Shown: positions 10,327 to 19,806 of the stretch, piece by piece | How the letters are laid out: each line of letters opens with the position of its first letter | How positions within the stretch are numbered: position 1 is the stretch's first letter | From: a virus | IMG/VR virus record: IMGVR_UViG_3300005264_000040 | Location: 1-64,000 of that record | Length of the DNA: 64,000 bases | Reading direction: 5' to 3' (one strand) | Position numbers and translations under genes: made by a program | Notes under the pieces: model-generated | Seen by the model: the letters and a program-made list of their open reading frames with translations, nothing else | Databases searched by the model: none | What the model was told of the DNA's origin: nothing

Positions 10327-11109
10327 GTGAATGCAAAAGAAGCAGCCAAGGATTTTAGAGAAAAATTTTACACAGAGGTAGTAGCTGGTATTTTTGAAAA
10401 ATGGTACAATGAATATAGATTTTTAGAACTAGAAGGCGAACTTATACAAGTTGCAGGAATGATTATTCCACCAAAACTAAGAGGGAATAAACATGTAAGA
10501 GTTGTAGAGGAAATGATACATGTTGATTTCAAAGTATCAAAAAAAGACTTAGAAGATATAGATGATTTTGAAGAATTCAAAGAACAACTTTTTCCTAAGT
10601 ACCAGATAATTTATGAAACTGAAGAGTATTATATATTTCGTGCAAGGGAAAATCTTAGAATGTTTTATTTGCCACAATTGCCAGATGATTTAAGAAATCT
10701 CAATCCTATAAGAGAATATATGCGTGAGCATTTGAAAAAACTAAAAGTAGAAAAATACGATATAGAAGACATACTTTATTATAATCAAGGAATATTAATG
10801 TCTATACATGATATAATAATGGATGTGCCACCTGATCTTAGAGTGGTTAATTATACAAATGAAGAAATTTATGAAAGGTTAAAAAAAGAAGGACATTATT
10901 ATAATTTTAAATTATACAAAACAACTAATGATTACGTACATAAAAAATATTTTAGTGAATTAGATAAAAGACTTTTTAAAAAGGTAATACCTTATTTTGA
11001 TGAATTCAAATTTATGAATCATGTAAAGAAAAGCGGGAAATTTTATCCTTTTTTTCTGCATGATGGCAGAGTATTAGAAATGATAATAAAAAAACCGAGA
11101 CGAAAATAA
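10327..11109 (+). CDS. Hypothetical protein
   Basis: 260-aa ORF, GTG start with AAGGAG; followed by AACCGAGAC/GTCTCGGTT terminator hairpin. Confidence 0.75.
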   Translation: MNAKEAAKDFREKFYTEVVAGIFEKWYNEYRFLELEGELIQVAGMIIPPKLRGNKHVRVVEEMIHVDFKVSKKDLEDIDDFEEFKEQLFPKYQIIYETEEYYIFRARENLRMFYLPQLPDDLRNLNPIREYMREHLKKLKVEKYDIEDILYYNQGILMSIHDIIMDVPPDLRVVNYTNEEIYERLKKEGHYYNFKLYKTTNDYVHKKYFSELDKRLFKKVIPYFDEFKFMNHVKKSGKFYPFFLHDGRVLEMIIKKPRRK

Positions 11110-11165
11110 GTCTCGGTTATTTTTTTGTAAGGGAATAAAAAACATTAATTGAAAGAGGTGAAATT

Positions 11166-11594
11166 ATGGTTGATTACGGAAAGAGGTATTTTTTTGATGC
11201 TTCAGTTAAAAATAAAGATGAAGAAAAATTAAGAATGTTAGATGTTTTATTAAATTATAGTGATTATCTTATTGAATACAAAGATGATGAAGCGTATAAC
11301 TTTTCTCTAATGTTAGAAAATCTGTTAAGTCATGAATATGATCATTTCTTGTATTTGTATCGCATTAGTTTAGATAAAAAGATTGGAAATGTAAAAGAAA
11401 GGTATAAATGTTATTGGTTTAAAGAAGGACTATTAAAAATGTTAGAAAACAAAGAAAAGTTAGAAAGCATGGAAGACGAAGATAAAAAGCATTATGAATA
11501 TCTTGTGTATTTCTATGATTGTTTTAAAGAATTGGATGATAAAACAAAACTACAAATTATTAAGTATTACGAAGAAACAAACGAAGATATTTAA
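11166..11594 (+). CDS. Hypothetical protein
   Basis: SD GAGGTG. Confidence 0.75.
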   Translation: MVDYGKRYFFDASVKNKDEEKLRMLDVLLNYSDYLIEYKDDEAYNFSLMLENLLSHEYDHFLYLYRISLDKKIGNVKERYKCYWFKEGLLKMLENKEKLESMEDEDKKHYEYLVYFYDCFKELDDKTKLQIIKYYEETNEDI

Positions 11595-11646
11595 TACGCT
11601 AAAATGAGCATATGTCAATAGTAAAATTTATAAGGAGGTATAAAAT

Positions 11647-12126
11647 ATGGGTTTATTCAAATTCGAATTAGAAAGATGGTTACATAAATATATAGCAAAT
11701 GAAAGTGTAATAAATTTTGTGGAAAATTGGATTTTTGAAGAATACAAGAAAGAAGAATTTGATTTTGAGCACTTTTATCAATTACATAGATTTTTAAGCA
11801 AAAACAAAGGGGAAGTGCAATATCTTGTGGTTTGGAAAAAACTAAAAGAAATTTCTGGTTTAAGAAACCTAAGCGATAATTTTGATATCTATTATTTCAA
11901 AACAAAAAAAGAAGTAATTGAAAGTAGGATTTTTAGCCGTGTTTTCAAAAAACATGAAGAAGTTATTTATTTGTTTGCACCTGACAAAGCTGTTGAAGAA
12001 TTTATTCAAATACTGAAAAAAGAATATAGGTCACATGCTTCTAATTTATATCCATTCATATTAGAAGACGGAAGCTATTTAATTACAGCAGATGGAAGTA
12101 GAAATATTAAAACGGAGGAGGACTGA
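11647..12126 (+). CDS. Hypothetical protein
   Basis: SD AAGGAGG. Confidence 0.75.
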   Translation: MGLFKFELERWLHKYIANESVINFVENWIFEEYKKEEFDFEHFYQLHRFLSKNKGEVQYLVVWKKLKEISGLRNLSDNFDIYYFKTKKEVIESRIFSRVFKKHEEVIYLFAPDKAVEEFIQILKKEYRSHASNLYPFILEDGSYLITADGSRNIKTEED

Positions 12127-12130
12127 GACA

Positions 12131-12934
12131 ATGCCAAATTGGTGTTATATTCACGCAAATATTACTGGGAATGAAAATGATATATATGAATTCGCAAAAA
12201 AATATCTTAGAGTGGATCCGTGGCGAAAAGAACCTATCTTAGATTTTGGACAAGTAATTCCAAAACCTGACTTTGTTTTGGATTTAACTGAAAAATCAAT
12301 GCAGGATTTGAAAGAAGAGTTATTTATCTTCAATAAGCTTGTAGAATCAGAAGAAAATTATAAGAAAATCCTTAAGGTGTTTAAAAATTATCAAAAATAT
12401 GAAAATAGCGAAGACGAAATAGAAAGGGCTGCATGGTATCTACTGCAGCCTGATGCTTTAAAAAAATATAAAAAATATTTAAATAAATTTAGGAAGGAAG
12501 AAATAACACCTGAAGAACACCAAAGGATAAAACAAATAGCAGATGAATATGATTGGAATATTGAAAATTGGGGGGTGAAATGGGATAGTCTAACTTCTAA
12601 GATATATATTGGAAAGGATGACGATGGTTCGTTGGGATGGATAGAAATTTATATGACAACACCATGGGATTTTCCAAGTCCAGTTTTCGAAAAATTACAC
12701 GAACAAAATCCACATTTAGATATTGAAGCATATTATGGGATAGAAGGGGGTTTTGAAAAAGGAAAATTTGAAAATGGAAAATATACAATAGTAGATAATG
12801 ATTTAGACGAAATAGATTGGACAAATTATGATTTTGGAGCAGATAACGAACCTATGATAGTATATGAAGGGAAAAAATCTGAACGTTGGGAAAAAATAAT
12901 AAAAGAACTTTTAAAGGAGGTTGATAAAAAATGA
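12131..12934 (+). CDS. YubB/Api92-like (DUF1281-related) ferredoxin-like domain protein
   Basis: MPNWCY start, LDFGQVIPKP, YDWNIENWGVKWD, TPWDFPSPVFEKL. Confidence 0.7.
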   Translation: MPNWCYIHANITGNENDIYEFAKKYLRVDPWRKEPILDFGQVIPKPDFVLDLTEKSMQDLKEELFIFNKLVESEENYKKILKVFKNYQKYENSEDEIERAAWYLLQPDALKKYKKYLNKFRKEEITPEEHQRIKQIADEYDWNIENWGVKWDSLTSKIYIGKDDDGSLGWIEIYMTTPWDFPSPVFEKLHEQNPHLDIEAYYGIEGGFEKGKFENGKYTIVDNDLDEIDWTNYDFGADNEPMIVYEGKKSERWEKIIKELLKEVDKK

Positions 12935-13194
12935 CTCATATTATAGTAATACAAGAAACTAAAGATGGCCCTAAAGTTACTAGATATGAGGATGTTAGAT
13001 TGTATTATATATATGATAAAGAAGTACTGGAAGAAGATATAATGGATGTCATTGGAGAAGATAAGTATGAAAAGCTTACTAAAGAACAGAAGGAAAGATT
13101 GATAGACGTGGCAGAAAGTACTACAAGACAAGAGATGGATATTAGTTTTGGATATATTGCAGAAGCAATTCAAGATGAATACTATTCTTTATAA
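12931..13194 (+). CDS. Hypothetical protein
   Basis: SD AAGGAGG. Confidence 0.7.
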   Translation: MTHIIVIQETKDGPKVTRYEDVRLYYIYDKEVLEEDIMDVIGEDKYEKLTKEQKERLIDVAESTTRQEMDISFGYIAEAIQDEYYSL

Positions 13195-13207
13195 GGAGGG
13201 ATTTGGT

Positions 13208-13558
13208 ATGGGAAAATTTGAAGAAAGAGTAGAAAAGGCAAAGAAATTGGCAGACAAACACGTATTATGGAATCAGAGTATGGTGGTAGAAGATATGTTA
13301 AAGGCAGGATTGTTGGATTTGGAAGAAGATTCAAATTATTTAGAAGTATTATCAAAAGAGGGAGAAGAATACGAAGATGCAATATTAGAAATATTTGAAT
13401 GGTATCTAGTAACTCCATGGTTAGCAAACAGATTAAAAGAAAAAGGTGAAGTTGTATTGGATAGTGGCAGTATGGATTTTTGGTGGGGGAGAACTACAAC
13501 CGGCCAATCAGTTATAGTTGATGAAGTAATACAAGAAATTGCAGAAGAGAACCTCTGA
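13208..13558 (+). CDS. Hypothetical phage protein
   Basis: ORF 13148..13558, SD supports ATG 13208; Trp-rich EWYLVTPWLA..WWGRTTTGQS. Confidence 0.7.
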   Translation: MGKFEERVEKAKKLADKHVLWNQSMVVEDMLKAGLLDLEEDSNYLEVLSKEGEEYEDAILEIFEWYLVTPWLANRLKEKGEVVLDSGSMDFWWGRTTTGQSVIVDEVIQEIAEENL

Positions 13559-13572
13559 TTTCCGGCCAGAAA

Positions 13573-13601
13573 TAGACAAAATCAAAAAAATATGATATAA
13601 T
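13573..13601 (+). promoter_or_regulatory. Sigma70-type promoter
   Basis: TAGACA-N17-TATAAT with TG. Confidence 0.7.
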
Positions 13602-13613
13602 ATTTGAAAGGAG

Positions 13614-13940
13614 ATGGAAGATATGAATAAAAAATTATTAAAAGAGTTAAAAGAAGTAGTGGATGAAATGTTTGAAAATTCAGAAACAACATTTTATACA
13701 GATTTAAAAGATTTACCAGAAGAAGAAAAAACTACAGATATTATAGAGTTGATAGAAACTTTTGATAAAGATGATGAAGTGTTTTATAAATATTTTAAAG
13801 AGAAATATTTCCCTAAATTATCAAATGAAGAATATTGGAATACAATGATGGAATATTTATCCAAACTTTGTGACAGAGTTTCAGATGAAGGGGATACCAT
13901 TGAATTAACGAGAGTTTTGAAATTATTTGAGGAGGATTGA
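13614..13940 (+). CDS. Hypothetical acidic protein
   Basis: 108-aa ORF. Confidence 0.7.
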   Translation: MEDMNKKLLKELKEVVDEMFENSETTFYTDLKDLPEEEKTTDIIELIETFDKDDEVFYKYFKEKYFPKLSNEEYWNTMMEYLSKLCDRVSDEGDTIELTRVLKLFEED

Positions 13941-13944
13941 AAAC

Positions 13945-14091
13945 ATGGAAGATATTACTCAAGAAGAAGTTGTTGCTTCTTTCTATGAGTACCAGGAGTG
14001 GGGTATTGATCCTATACAAGCAATGGCCGAAGATTACGATTTATCCTATGAAGAAGCAAAAGAGCTATTGCGAAAATATAATTTGATATAA
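13945..14091 (+). CDS. Small hypothetical protein (48 aa, not in ORF track)
   Basis: GAGGAGG SD; MEDITQEEVVASFYEYQEWGIDPIQAMAEDYDLSYEEAKELLRKYNLI. Confidence 0.65.
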   Translation: MEDITQEEVVASFYEYQEWGIDPIQAMAEDYDLSYEEAKELLRKYNLI

Positions 14092-14112
14092 TATTCTAAA
14101 GGGGGTTATACA

Positions 14113-14562
14113 GTGGCAGAAGAGGTTTTAGCTGAAGATAAGATAGTAGAATTTTACGTAGAAAGCAAAGAGGTTGTACCTTACAAAAAACACAAAGGTG
14201 ATGCAGGATGGGACCTAAGAAGCAAAGATCATTATACTATCTTACCAGATGAAACGATGAAGATTCCAACTGGAGTAAGGGCTGTAATTCCGGAAGGATA
14301 CGTTGGGATAGTTAAACCAAGAAGTTCTTGGGGAATAGAAGGATTTGATGTTACAGCAGGGGTAATAGATTCAACATATAGAGGGGAAATCCATGTTGTA
14401 CTTCAAAACCATTCTAATAGGGCAAAATACATAGGAAAAGGCGAAAGGATAGCACAACTTATAGTAGTACCTATCCTTATGAAAGCGAAAGCAAAATTGG
14501 GGAAACCACCAATAGATACTGACCGTGGAGAAAAAGGGTTTGGTTCTACAGGAAAAGAATAA
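14113..14562 (+). CDS. dut: Trimeric dUTPase
   Basis: DAGWDL, PRSSWG, AGVIDSTYRGEI, ERIAQLIV, RGEKGFGSTG. Confidence 0.95.
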   Translation: MAEEVLAEDKIVEFYVESKEVVPYKKHKGDAGWDLRSKDHYTILPDETMKIPTGVRAVIPEGYVGIVKPRSSWGIEGFDVTAGVIDSTYRGEIHVVLQNHSNRAKYIGKGERIAQLIVVPILMKAKAKLGKPPIDTDRGEKGFGSTGKE

Positions 14563-14567
14563 TACAG

Positions 14568-14590
14568 GGTGCTCGCAAGGGCACCTTTAT
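14568..14590 (+). terminator. Intrinsic terminator
   Basis: GGTGCTC-GCAA-GGGCACC then TTTAT. Confidence 0.65.
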
Positions 14591-14591
14591 T

Positions 14592-15311
14592 TTGATGATA
14601 AGGAGGGAAAAAATGCCAAGAGCACTATTAACAGATGCTGGTTCTATCAAAATATCATATTTTCAACCTGCTTTTAATATTGCGGAAGTAAAAATCACAG
14701 CTCCTTTACTAGTATTAGATTTTAAAAGTATACTTATGAAATATATAATAAACACAACAGATATGTTTTATGTGCCAGATTTAGTTACAGAAGAACTAAT
14801 GAATGCTTTTGAAGATAAAGATGAAAAGAAAAAATTCGAAGAAGAATTTGAAGTAGCTGGTGAAGTTTTAAGAACTACAATGAGGAGAATCAAAGAAGTA
14901 GAGGGGAAAGCACTGTATGCAGACATGCTTTCTTCTAAGTTTTTCTATGTAAATGCTGTAATATTATTGGATGTTGATAAACTCAAATTAGAAAAACCAT
15001 TATATCATGCACAAAAGTTTTTCAAAGATTGGATTTTAAAAGTCTTGGAACATCCTAAGAAAAACATAAATGTATTTGAAGAAAATGCATTACAAACAGG
15101 TGTTGTAGAATATGTTTTAAAAACACCTTTCTTCTTAAAAATTCAAGATTCACCCATAATATTTTCTAAAACAGATTATGCACAGATATTTAATAGAAAT
15201 TTTGTATTAAGAATAAATGGGGAAAAACAAGATTGGGAAATAGGAGATATTCTAAGAGTAGATTATATAAATAAAACATTAAAATTAAAAAAAACGGAGG
15301 TGTCTAAATGA
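14592..15311 (+). CDS. Hypothetical protein
   Basis: 239-aa ORF. Confidence 0.75.
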   Translation: MMIRREKMPRALLTDAGSIKISYFQPAFNIAEVKITAPLLVLDFKSILMKYIINTTDMFYVPDLVTEELMNAFEDKDEKKKFEEEFEVAGEVLRTTMRRIKEVEGKALYADMLSSKFFYVNAVILLDVDKLKLEKPLYHAQKFFKDWILKVLEHPKKNINVFEENALQTGVVEYVLKTPFFLKIQDSPIIFSKTDYAQIFNRNFVLRINGEKQDWEIGDILRVDYINKTLKLKKTEVSK

Positions 15312-15892
15312 AAAAAATAGCAGTTATACTTTTAGTTCTAATAAGCGTGGTGAGTTTTGCTTCTTACAAGATACATTATACGGCTATGGATTACACAAGA
15401 GACTTACTGGTTATGAAATTAGGAGTAAATGTAGGAGAAAAGATGTTCCAATCTATTAAAGAAGAATTAGAACTTCTAAACAACCCTCAACTTGATCCTT
15501 TTTTGATCTTAGCTATTATGCAAACTGAATCTTCGTTTCGAAATATTGAGGGAGACCATGGCAAAGCTATTGGCTTTTTTCAATTACACAAAGTTACAAT
15601 AGAATATGTTATTCAGTTTTATCCGGATTTAAAAGAGAAATATGCTATAATAACCGCAGGATGGAACCACGATTTCAAAGATATAAAGAAATACCCTATT
15701 TTCCAAAGCAAAGTAGCAATAAGATATCTACATTTAATATTACAATATTGGGCTAATGGAGACCTAAATAAAGCGTTATCTTTTTATAACGGTAGAGGAG
15801 GAACACAACCTTATAATGAATATGTGGTAAAAATTTTGAATTATAAAGTATTATTCATGGAGGATTACTTATCAACTATAAAAGGGATGTGA
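15308..15892 (+). CDS. SLT-family lytic transglycosylase with signal peptide
   Basis: MKK+hydrophobic leader; AIMQTESSF, IGFFQL, ALSFYNG. Confidence 0.85.
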   Translation: MKKIAVILLVLISVVSFASYKIHYTAMDYTRDLLVMKLGVNVGEKMFQSIKEELELLNNPQLDPFLILAIMQTESSFRNIEGDHGKAIGFFQLHKVTIEYVIQFYPDLKEKYAIITAGWNHDFKDIKKYPIFQSKVAIRYLHLILQYWANGDLNKALSFYNGRGGTQPYNEYVVKILNYKVLFMEDYLSTIKGM

Positions 15893-15898
15893 TAAAAA

Positions 15899-16543
15899 AT
15901 GCTTTTAAATTTATATTTTATAAGTATAATAGTAAATTTGACTTATGTTATTTACTACAAAATAGAGTTTGAACGGTACAAAGAGCTTGCGGATTATCCG
16001 TGTTGTGCCAAACATTTTCCCCAGGCTAAAGTTTCTTCTTTTTTGTTTTTCTTTGTTCCTATTTTAGGAATGGTCAAATTTCGACAAAGACATATCAAAC
16101 TTTTTAATTTGCTTAAAATAAGAAAAGATGAGAATTATGATATCGATTTTTTAAAAAAAATAAGAGGTTTAATAAGGAAAATAAACGAAGAAAGTGATGT
16201 CAAAGAAGTATTAGTACAAAGATTGCTTGATAATTTATTAGAAAATATAATATTTAAAGATTCTTATCCTTTAGGATATTATTATTTCGAAAAATTAATA
16301 TTGAATGAAATAACACCGTATGAAATTAAAGACGATTTATGTATTCTATCTTTAATATTTGGTGACATAAACAAATTGTATTCGATTTTTACTGACCATG
16401 ATAGATATGAATTATTACGAAAATATGGAAAATATTCTGTTAAAGAAGCTAACGAAAAAAAAGCAAATAGAACAGAATATATTTTTGCCTTTTTGAAATA
16501 TTTAAGGAAAAGATATATTACGGAATTTTCGGTGATAGATTAA
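15899..16543 (+). CDS. Hypothetical membrane-anchored protein
   Basis: Two N-terminal hydrophobic segments. Confidence 0.65.
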   Translation: MLLNLYFISIIVNLTYVIYYKIEFERYKELADYPCCAKHFPQAKVSSFLFFFVPILGMVKFRQRHIKLFNLLKIRKDENYDIDFLKKIRGLIRKINEESDVKEVLVQRLLDNLLENIIFKDSYPLGYYYFEKLILNEITPYEIKDDLCILSLIFGDINKLYSIFTDHDRYELLRKYGKYSVKEANEKKANRTEYIFAFLKYLRKRYITEFSVID

Positions 16544-16556
16544 AGGAGGGAATAAA

Positions 16557-16796
16557 ATGTTTAGAGTATTATTAATAGGATGGATATTAAACTTAGTAGT
16601 AGCAGCATTACATTGGAAAGTGTTTTTGTATAATTTTAAAGAGAATTTCTATGGAAAAACGGATTATAACAAAATTGTATTAGTAAGTGTTGTTGTTGTT
16701 CCTTATACGATTACATTGATTGCAATTTCCAAAGTTGTTGCGGATTTAATCGTGTTTCTCAAACGCAAGGGTGTTGCTTTCTTCAAGAAAATATGA
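16557..16796 (+). CDS. Small membrane protein
   Basis: Two hydrophobic helices, SD AAGGAGG. Confidence 0.65.
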   Translation: MFRVLLIGWILNLVVAALHWKVFLYNFKENFYGKTDYNKIVLVSVVVVPYTITLIAISKVVADLIVFLKRKGVAFFKKI

Positions 16797-16802
16797 TATA
16801 AT
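16774..16802 (+). promoter_or_regulatory. Sigma70-type promoter
   Basis: TTGCTT-N17-TATAAT with TG. Confidence 0.6.
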
Positions 16803-16830
16803 TAAAGTATCATAACTCACTAGAAAGGAG

Positions 16831-17673
16831 ATGGAAGAGATGTTACTGATTAAAGGATTTGATGCCACAAGGGGAGCGCAACTCGGCTTCATAAAAATAG
16901 GTGGAAAAGGGCAGGAAAGAGTTTCAGCAAAAGGGTACAAGTATAGGATGCCAGTAAAATTTGCAGGATTCCTTATTACTTCTATGGTTAAAGATAAAAC
17001 AGACAATTATACTCCGCATCCTTTATATTCGAAAATGTTAGAAAATTATGGTGTGCAGATTGGTGATAATAAGTTTTTGAGGAGTTTTCCAGTAACTTTT
17101 GCATCTGACGACATAGAAGAAATAGTATATACATACAAAGGAGTTTTTACTGCTTCAGAAACAGTATGTATTTCTAAAGACGGAGAAATAGGATTCAATT
17201 ATCAAAAACAAGAAAATGTAGCATGTGAGACTTGTCCTATGAAAAAAGATTGTAAATTGCACGGAATCGTAAAAGTGTTGTTGAGGCATCCTGAAAATCC
17301 TCAAAAAGTTTTAACAGGTGGAAGTTTCTTATTTAAAACAGTGTCTTACAATTCATTAAGAGCAATAGTAGATTCTTTAGTTCAATTAAAAAAAATACAT
17401 GGAAAATTAACTGGGATTCCAGCATTTATGACGTGGGATGAAACGATGGTAAAAAGACAAACAGAACAGGGTACCGTAATGCAAACTGTTCCTATTGTAT
17501 ATTTTACATCCCAGTTAGATATAGAAGATATGCAAGAAAGACATACGGAAATCACTGTTAGTGACCCATTAGCACATCTTGCAGATGAAGATGTTGATGT
17601 GGATGAAGTTGTTGAAGCAGTAATTGATTCAGGTAGCAGCGAATTTGATGATTATTTAGAAACCAAAGAATAA
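16831..17673 (+). CDS. Recombination directionality factor-like (mycobacteriophage Gp3-like) protein
   Basis: GFIKIGGKG..YRMPVKF N-terminus, C..CP..C cluster, acidic tail; family call from motif memory. Confidence 0.55.
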   Translation: MEEMLLIKGFDATRGAQLGFIKIGGKGQERVSAKGYKYRMPVKFAGFLITSMVKDKTDNYTPHPLYSKMLENYGVQIGDNKFLRSFPVTFASDDIEEIVYTYKGVFTASETVCISKDGEIGFNYQKQENVACETCPMKKDCKLHGIVKVLLRHPENPQKVLTGGSFLFKTVSYNSLRAIVDSLVQLKKIHGKLTGIPAFMTWDETMVKRQTEQGTVMQTVPIVYFTSQLDIEDMQERHTEITVSDPLAHLADEDVDVDEVVEAVIDSGSSEFDDYLETKE

Positions 17674-17677
17674 AAAA

Positions 17678-17705
17678 AAGCGCCTTTGAGAAGGCGCTTA
17701 ATTTT
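17678..17705. terminator. Intrinsic terminator
   Basis: AAGCGCCT/AGGCGCTT stem flanked by A and T tracts. Confidence 0.7.
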
Positions 17706-17721
17706 ATAAGGAGGGATAAAA

Positions 17722-18132
17722 ATGGCAGAAATGACAATTAAACAATTGGTAGATAAAATAGCAGAAATAAAACAATTGGAAAATGATATGAGAAAATATA
17801 GAAAAGAATTAGAAGAACAATTGACAAATTATGTAAAAGAAACTACAAACGATAAAACTGTTTATTTGGAAGGAGAAAAAGCTAAAATAAAAGTATCTAG
17901 GACATCTTCATTAAAAATTGACCAAAAAGCAGCAAGAAAATTTGCAGAAACACATCCGGACATTTCACCAAAAATATTCACAATAAGTTATAAACCAAAG
18001 AAAACAGGTTTTACTATTTTACATGAACTTGTGAAGAAAGATAAATCACAAAAAGAAGTTTTAGAAGAATTTCAAAGTTTAGTAACCGAAGAAGAATCAA
18101 TTAGGATTACTGTCGAAGAAAAAGAAGAATAA
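17722..18132 (+). CDS. Hypothetical coiled-coil protein
   Basis: SD AAGGAGG; N-terminal coiled coil. Confidence 0.7.
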   Translation: MAEMTIKQLVDKIAEIKQLENDMRKYRKELEEQLTNYVKETTNDKTVYLEGEKAKIKVSRTSSLKIDQKAARKFAETHPDISPKIFTISYKPKKTGFTILHELVKKDKSQKEVLEEFQSLVTEEESIRITVEEKEE

Positions 18133-18136
18133 TGTA

Positions 18137-18250
18137 TTGACAAAATAAAAAAAATATTGTATAATAAATTAAAGCGGTGTTTCCCAGCCATAAATGGGAG
18201 CCAAACATTGTAATTTTAGTTACAGGGCTCGCAGACGTGCGAGCCCTTTT
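18137..18250 (+). ncRNA. Consensus promoter driving a ~80-nt putative small RNA
   Basis: TTGACA-N17-TATAAT (18137-18165); hairpins TCCCA/TGGGA and TGTAA/TTACA; terminator GGGCTCGCA/TGCGAGCCC+TTTT; no SD-led ORF. Confidence 0.6.
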
Positions 18251-18291
18251 GTATTAAATAAGTTATAAACTACAATAAAAAAAGGGGGAAG

Positions 18292-19137
18292 ATGAGTATG
18301 AAAAAAAGTATTATAATGGTAATTGTAGTATTAATGGTAGTTTTAAGTTTTGGTAGTAAATACAATCAAAGAACAATGGATGTAAGCAGATTAATCAAAC
18401 AAGGATATGTTATCGATCCAGAATATGTCTTTTTTGAAGATTATATGAGGGATACTTTTACCCTTACTCAAGTAAATGCTATTAATAATTATATGACTTT
18501 AATGATTTTACAATACGTAGAAGAACTCAAAGACGGGAAAAAACCAGCATACGCTTTAGATGAAGTAATGGGTTGGGGTTTTGGCTCTTTGGAAGGAACA
18601 AATTATGATGTTGGACTTGGAAAGAAATTTTTAGAGAATTATTATAGCACAGATCCTAATGACGTAGAATTCAATTTTCATATATCTGTTTTACTTGATT
18701 ATCTGGAGTACAGATTATCCCAAGAATTTTTAGATAAAAGCAACGTACCTTATGATGATAATTGGGAAACAAACAGTAAAATTAGTTCAGATCATTTGAA
18801 TTTAATAAAACTATTTTTAATTGACAATGGGGATCTTCAAGTTGATACCCCTATTTATACTTTTTATATTTCAAATGTATCCGAAATTGAAGAATTAGAA
18901 AATCATAAAAAGAAATTTGGGAATGTGTCGAAATTATTAACAACTGTTCATGATACTGAATCACATGAAAAATTTCAAGAAGAGGTAATCGAATTAATTG
19001 ATCTTTCAACTACAACCTATATGTTTTTTGCAAGAGTACATGCTTTGCCAATTGCATATGATTTGCTAGCGTTTTTAGATGAAGACTTACATGTATTATA
19101 TATAATGGTTACAACATTAACTGTCGAATCTTTATAA
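18292..19137 (+). CDS. Secreted or membrane-anchored hypothetical protein
   Basis: MKK+hydrophobic signal peptide. Confidence 0.7.
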   Translation: MSMKKSIIMVIVVLMVVLSFGSKYNQRTMDVSRLIKQGYVIDPEYVFFEDYMRDTFTLTQVNAINNYMTLMILQYVEELKDGKKPAYALDEVMGWGFGSLEGTNYDVGLGKKFLENYYSTDPNDVEFNFHISVLLDYLEYRLSQEFLDKSNVPYDDNWETNSKISSDHLNLIKLFLIDNGDLQVDTPIYTFYISNVSEIEELENHKKKFGNVSKLLTTVHDTESHEKFQEEVIELIDLSTTTYMFFARVHALPIAYDLLAFLDEDLHVLYIMVTTLTVESL

Positions 19138-19149
19138 TAAACAATAGTG

Positions 19150-19176
19150 AGGCCTGCAAATATGCAGGCCTTTTTT
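19150..19176 (+). terminator. Intrinsic terminator
   Basis: AGGCCTGCA-AATA-TGCAGGCCT+T5. Confidence 0.8.
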
Positions 19177-19209
19177 AGTCAAATTATTATTTTAAGGGTG
19201 TATTCCTTA

Positions 19210-19239
19210 TTAGCAATTCATAATAAAATATGTTATAAT
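19210..19239 (+). promoter_or_regulatory. TTAGCA-class promoter
   Basis: TTAGCA-N18-TATAAT with TG; same geometry at 62447 and 4132(-). Confidence 0.55.
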
Positions 19240-19270
19240 ATTTATAGTTTTATAAAAGAGAGGTGAAAGT

Positions 19271-19579
19271 ATGGATTTAATACCGCAACAAAACAAACCT
19301 CAATTTCATATAAAGAAAGCTGCAATCAGTCATGGTCTTCGAAGTATGGTTGCTCCTAAATTATTTTCTGTAGGACGCAAAGTTAATAAATTAGGTGATA
19401 GAGCCGCTTATTCTTTTGGCACGAAAGTTTTAGGGTTTAAACCTGTGACAATGAAATTACCAGAAGCAAGAAATTCTGTAAAAGGCGCATTGGCTGCAGG
19501 AGCAATTGGTACTGCAGGGTTAATGGGGTACGCTAATGGAAAAAGAAAAAACAATACACAACAAAATAGATATTATTAA
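19271..19579 (+). CDS. Basic KxA-motif protein with C-terminal Gly/Ala hydrophobic helix
   Basis: IKKAA; GALAAGAIGTAGLMGY followed by KRK. Confidence 0.7.
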   Translation: MDLIPQQNKPQFHIKKAAISHGLRSMVAPKLFSVGRKVNKLGDRAAYSFGTKVLGFKPVTMKLPEARNSVKGALAAGAIGTAGLMGYANGKRKNNTQQNRYY

Positions 19580-19596
19580 GAGGAGGTTGGATATTT

Positions 19597-19806
19597 ATGA
19601 AAAGAGAGGTTATAAAAAATGCAGTATTTGGACAGTTGGTTAAGAAAGCTGCATTAGTAAAAACAAAAGAAGAGAATGGTGTAGATACATTAGTCAAAAG
19701 AGCATCCTTAAAAAGAGAACAAACTACAGAGGGAAGGGAATTAATTAAAAATGCAACTTTTGGAGCATTAATAAAGGTAGCGATGAATAAAGCTAAAGGG
19801 GAGTGA
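19597..19806 (+). CDS. Small KxA-motif protein with internal repeat
   Basis: REVIKNAVFGQLVKKAA / RELIKNATFGALIKVA. Confidence 0.7.
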   Translation: MKREVIKNAVFGQLVKKAALVKTKEENGVDTLVKRASLKREQTTEGRELIKNATFGALIKVAMNKAKGE

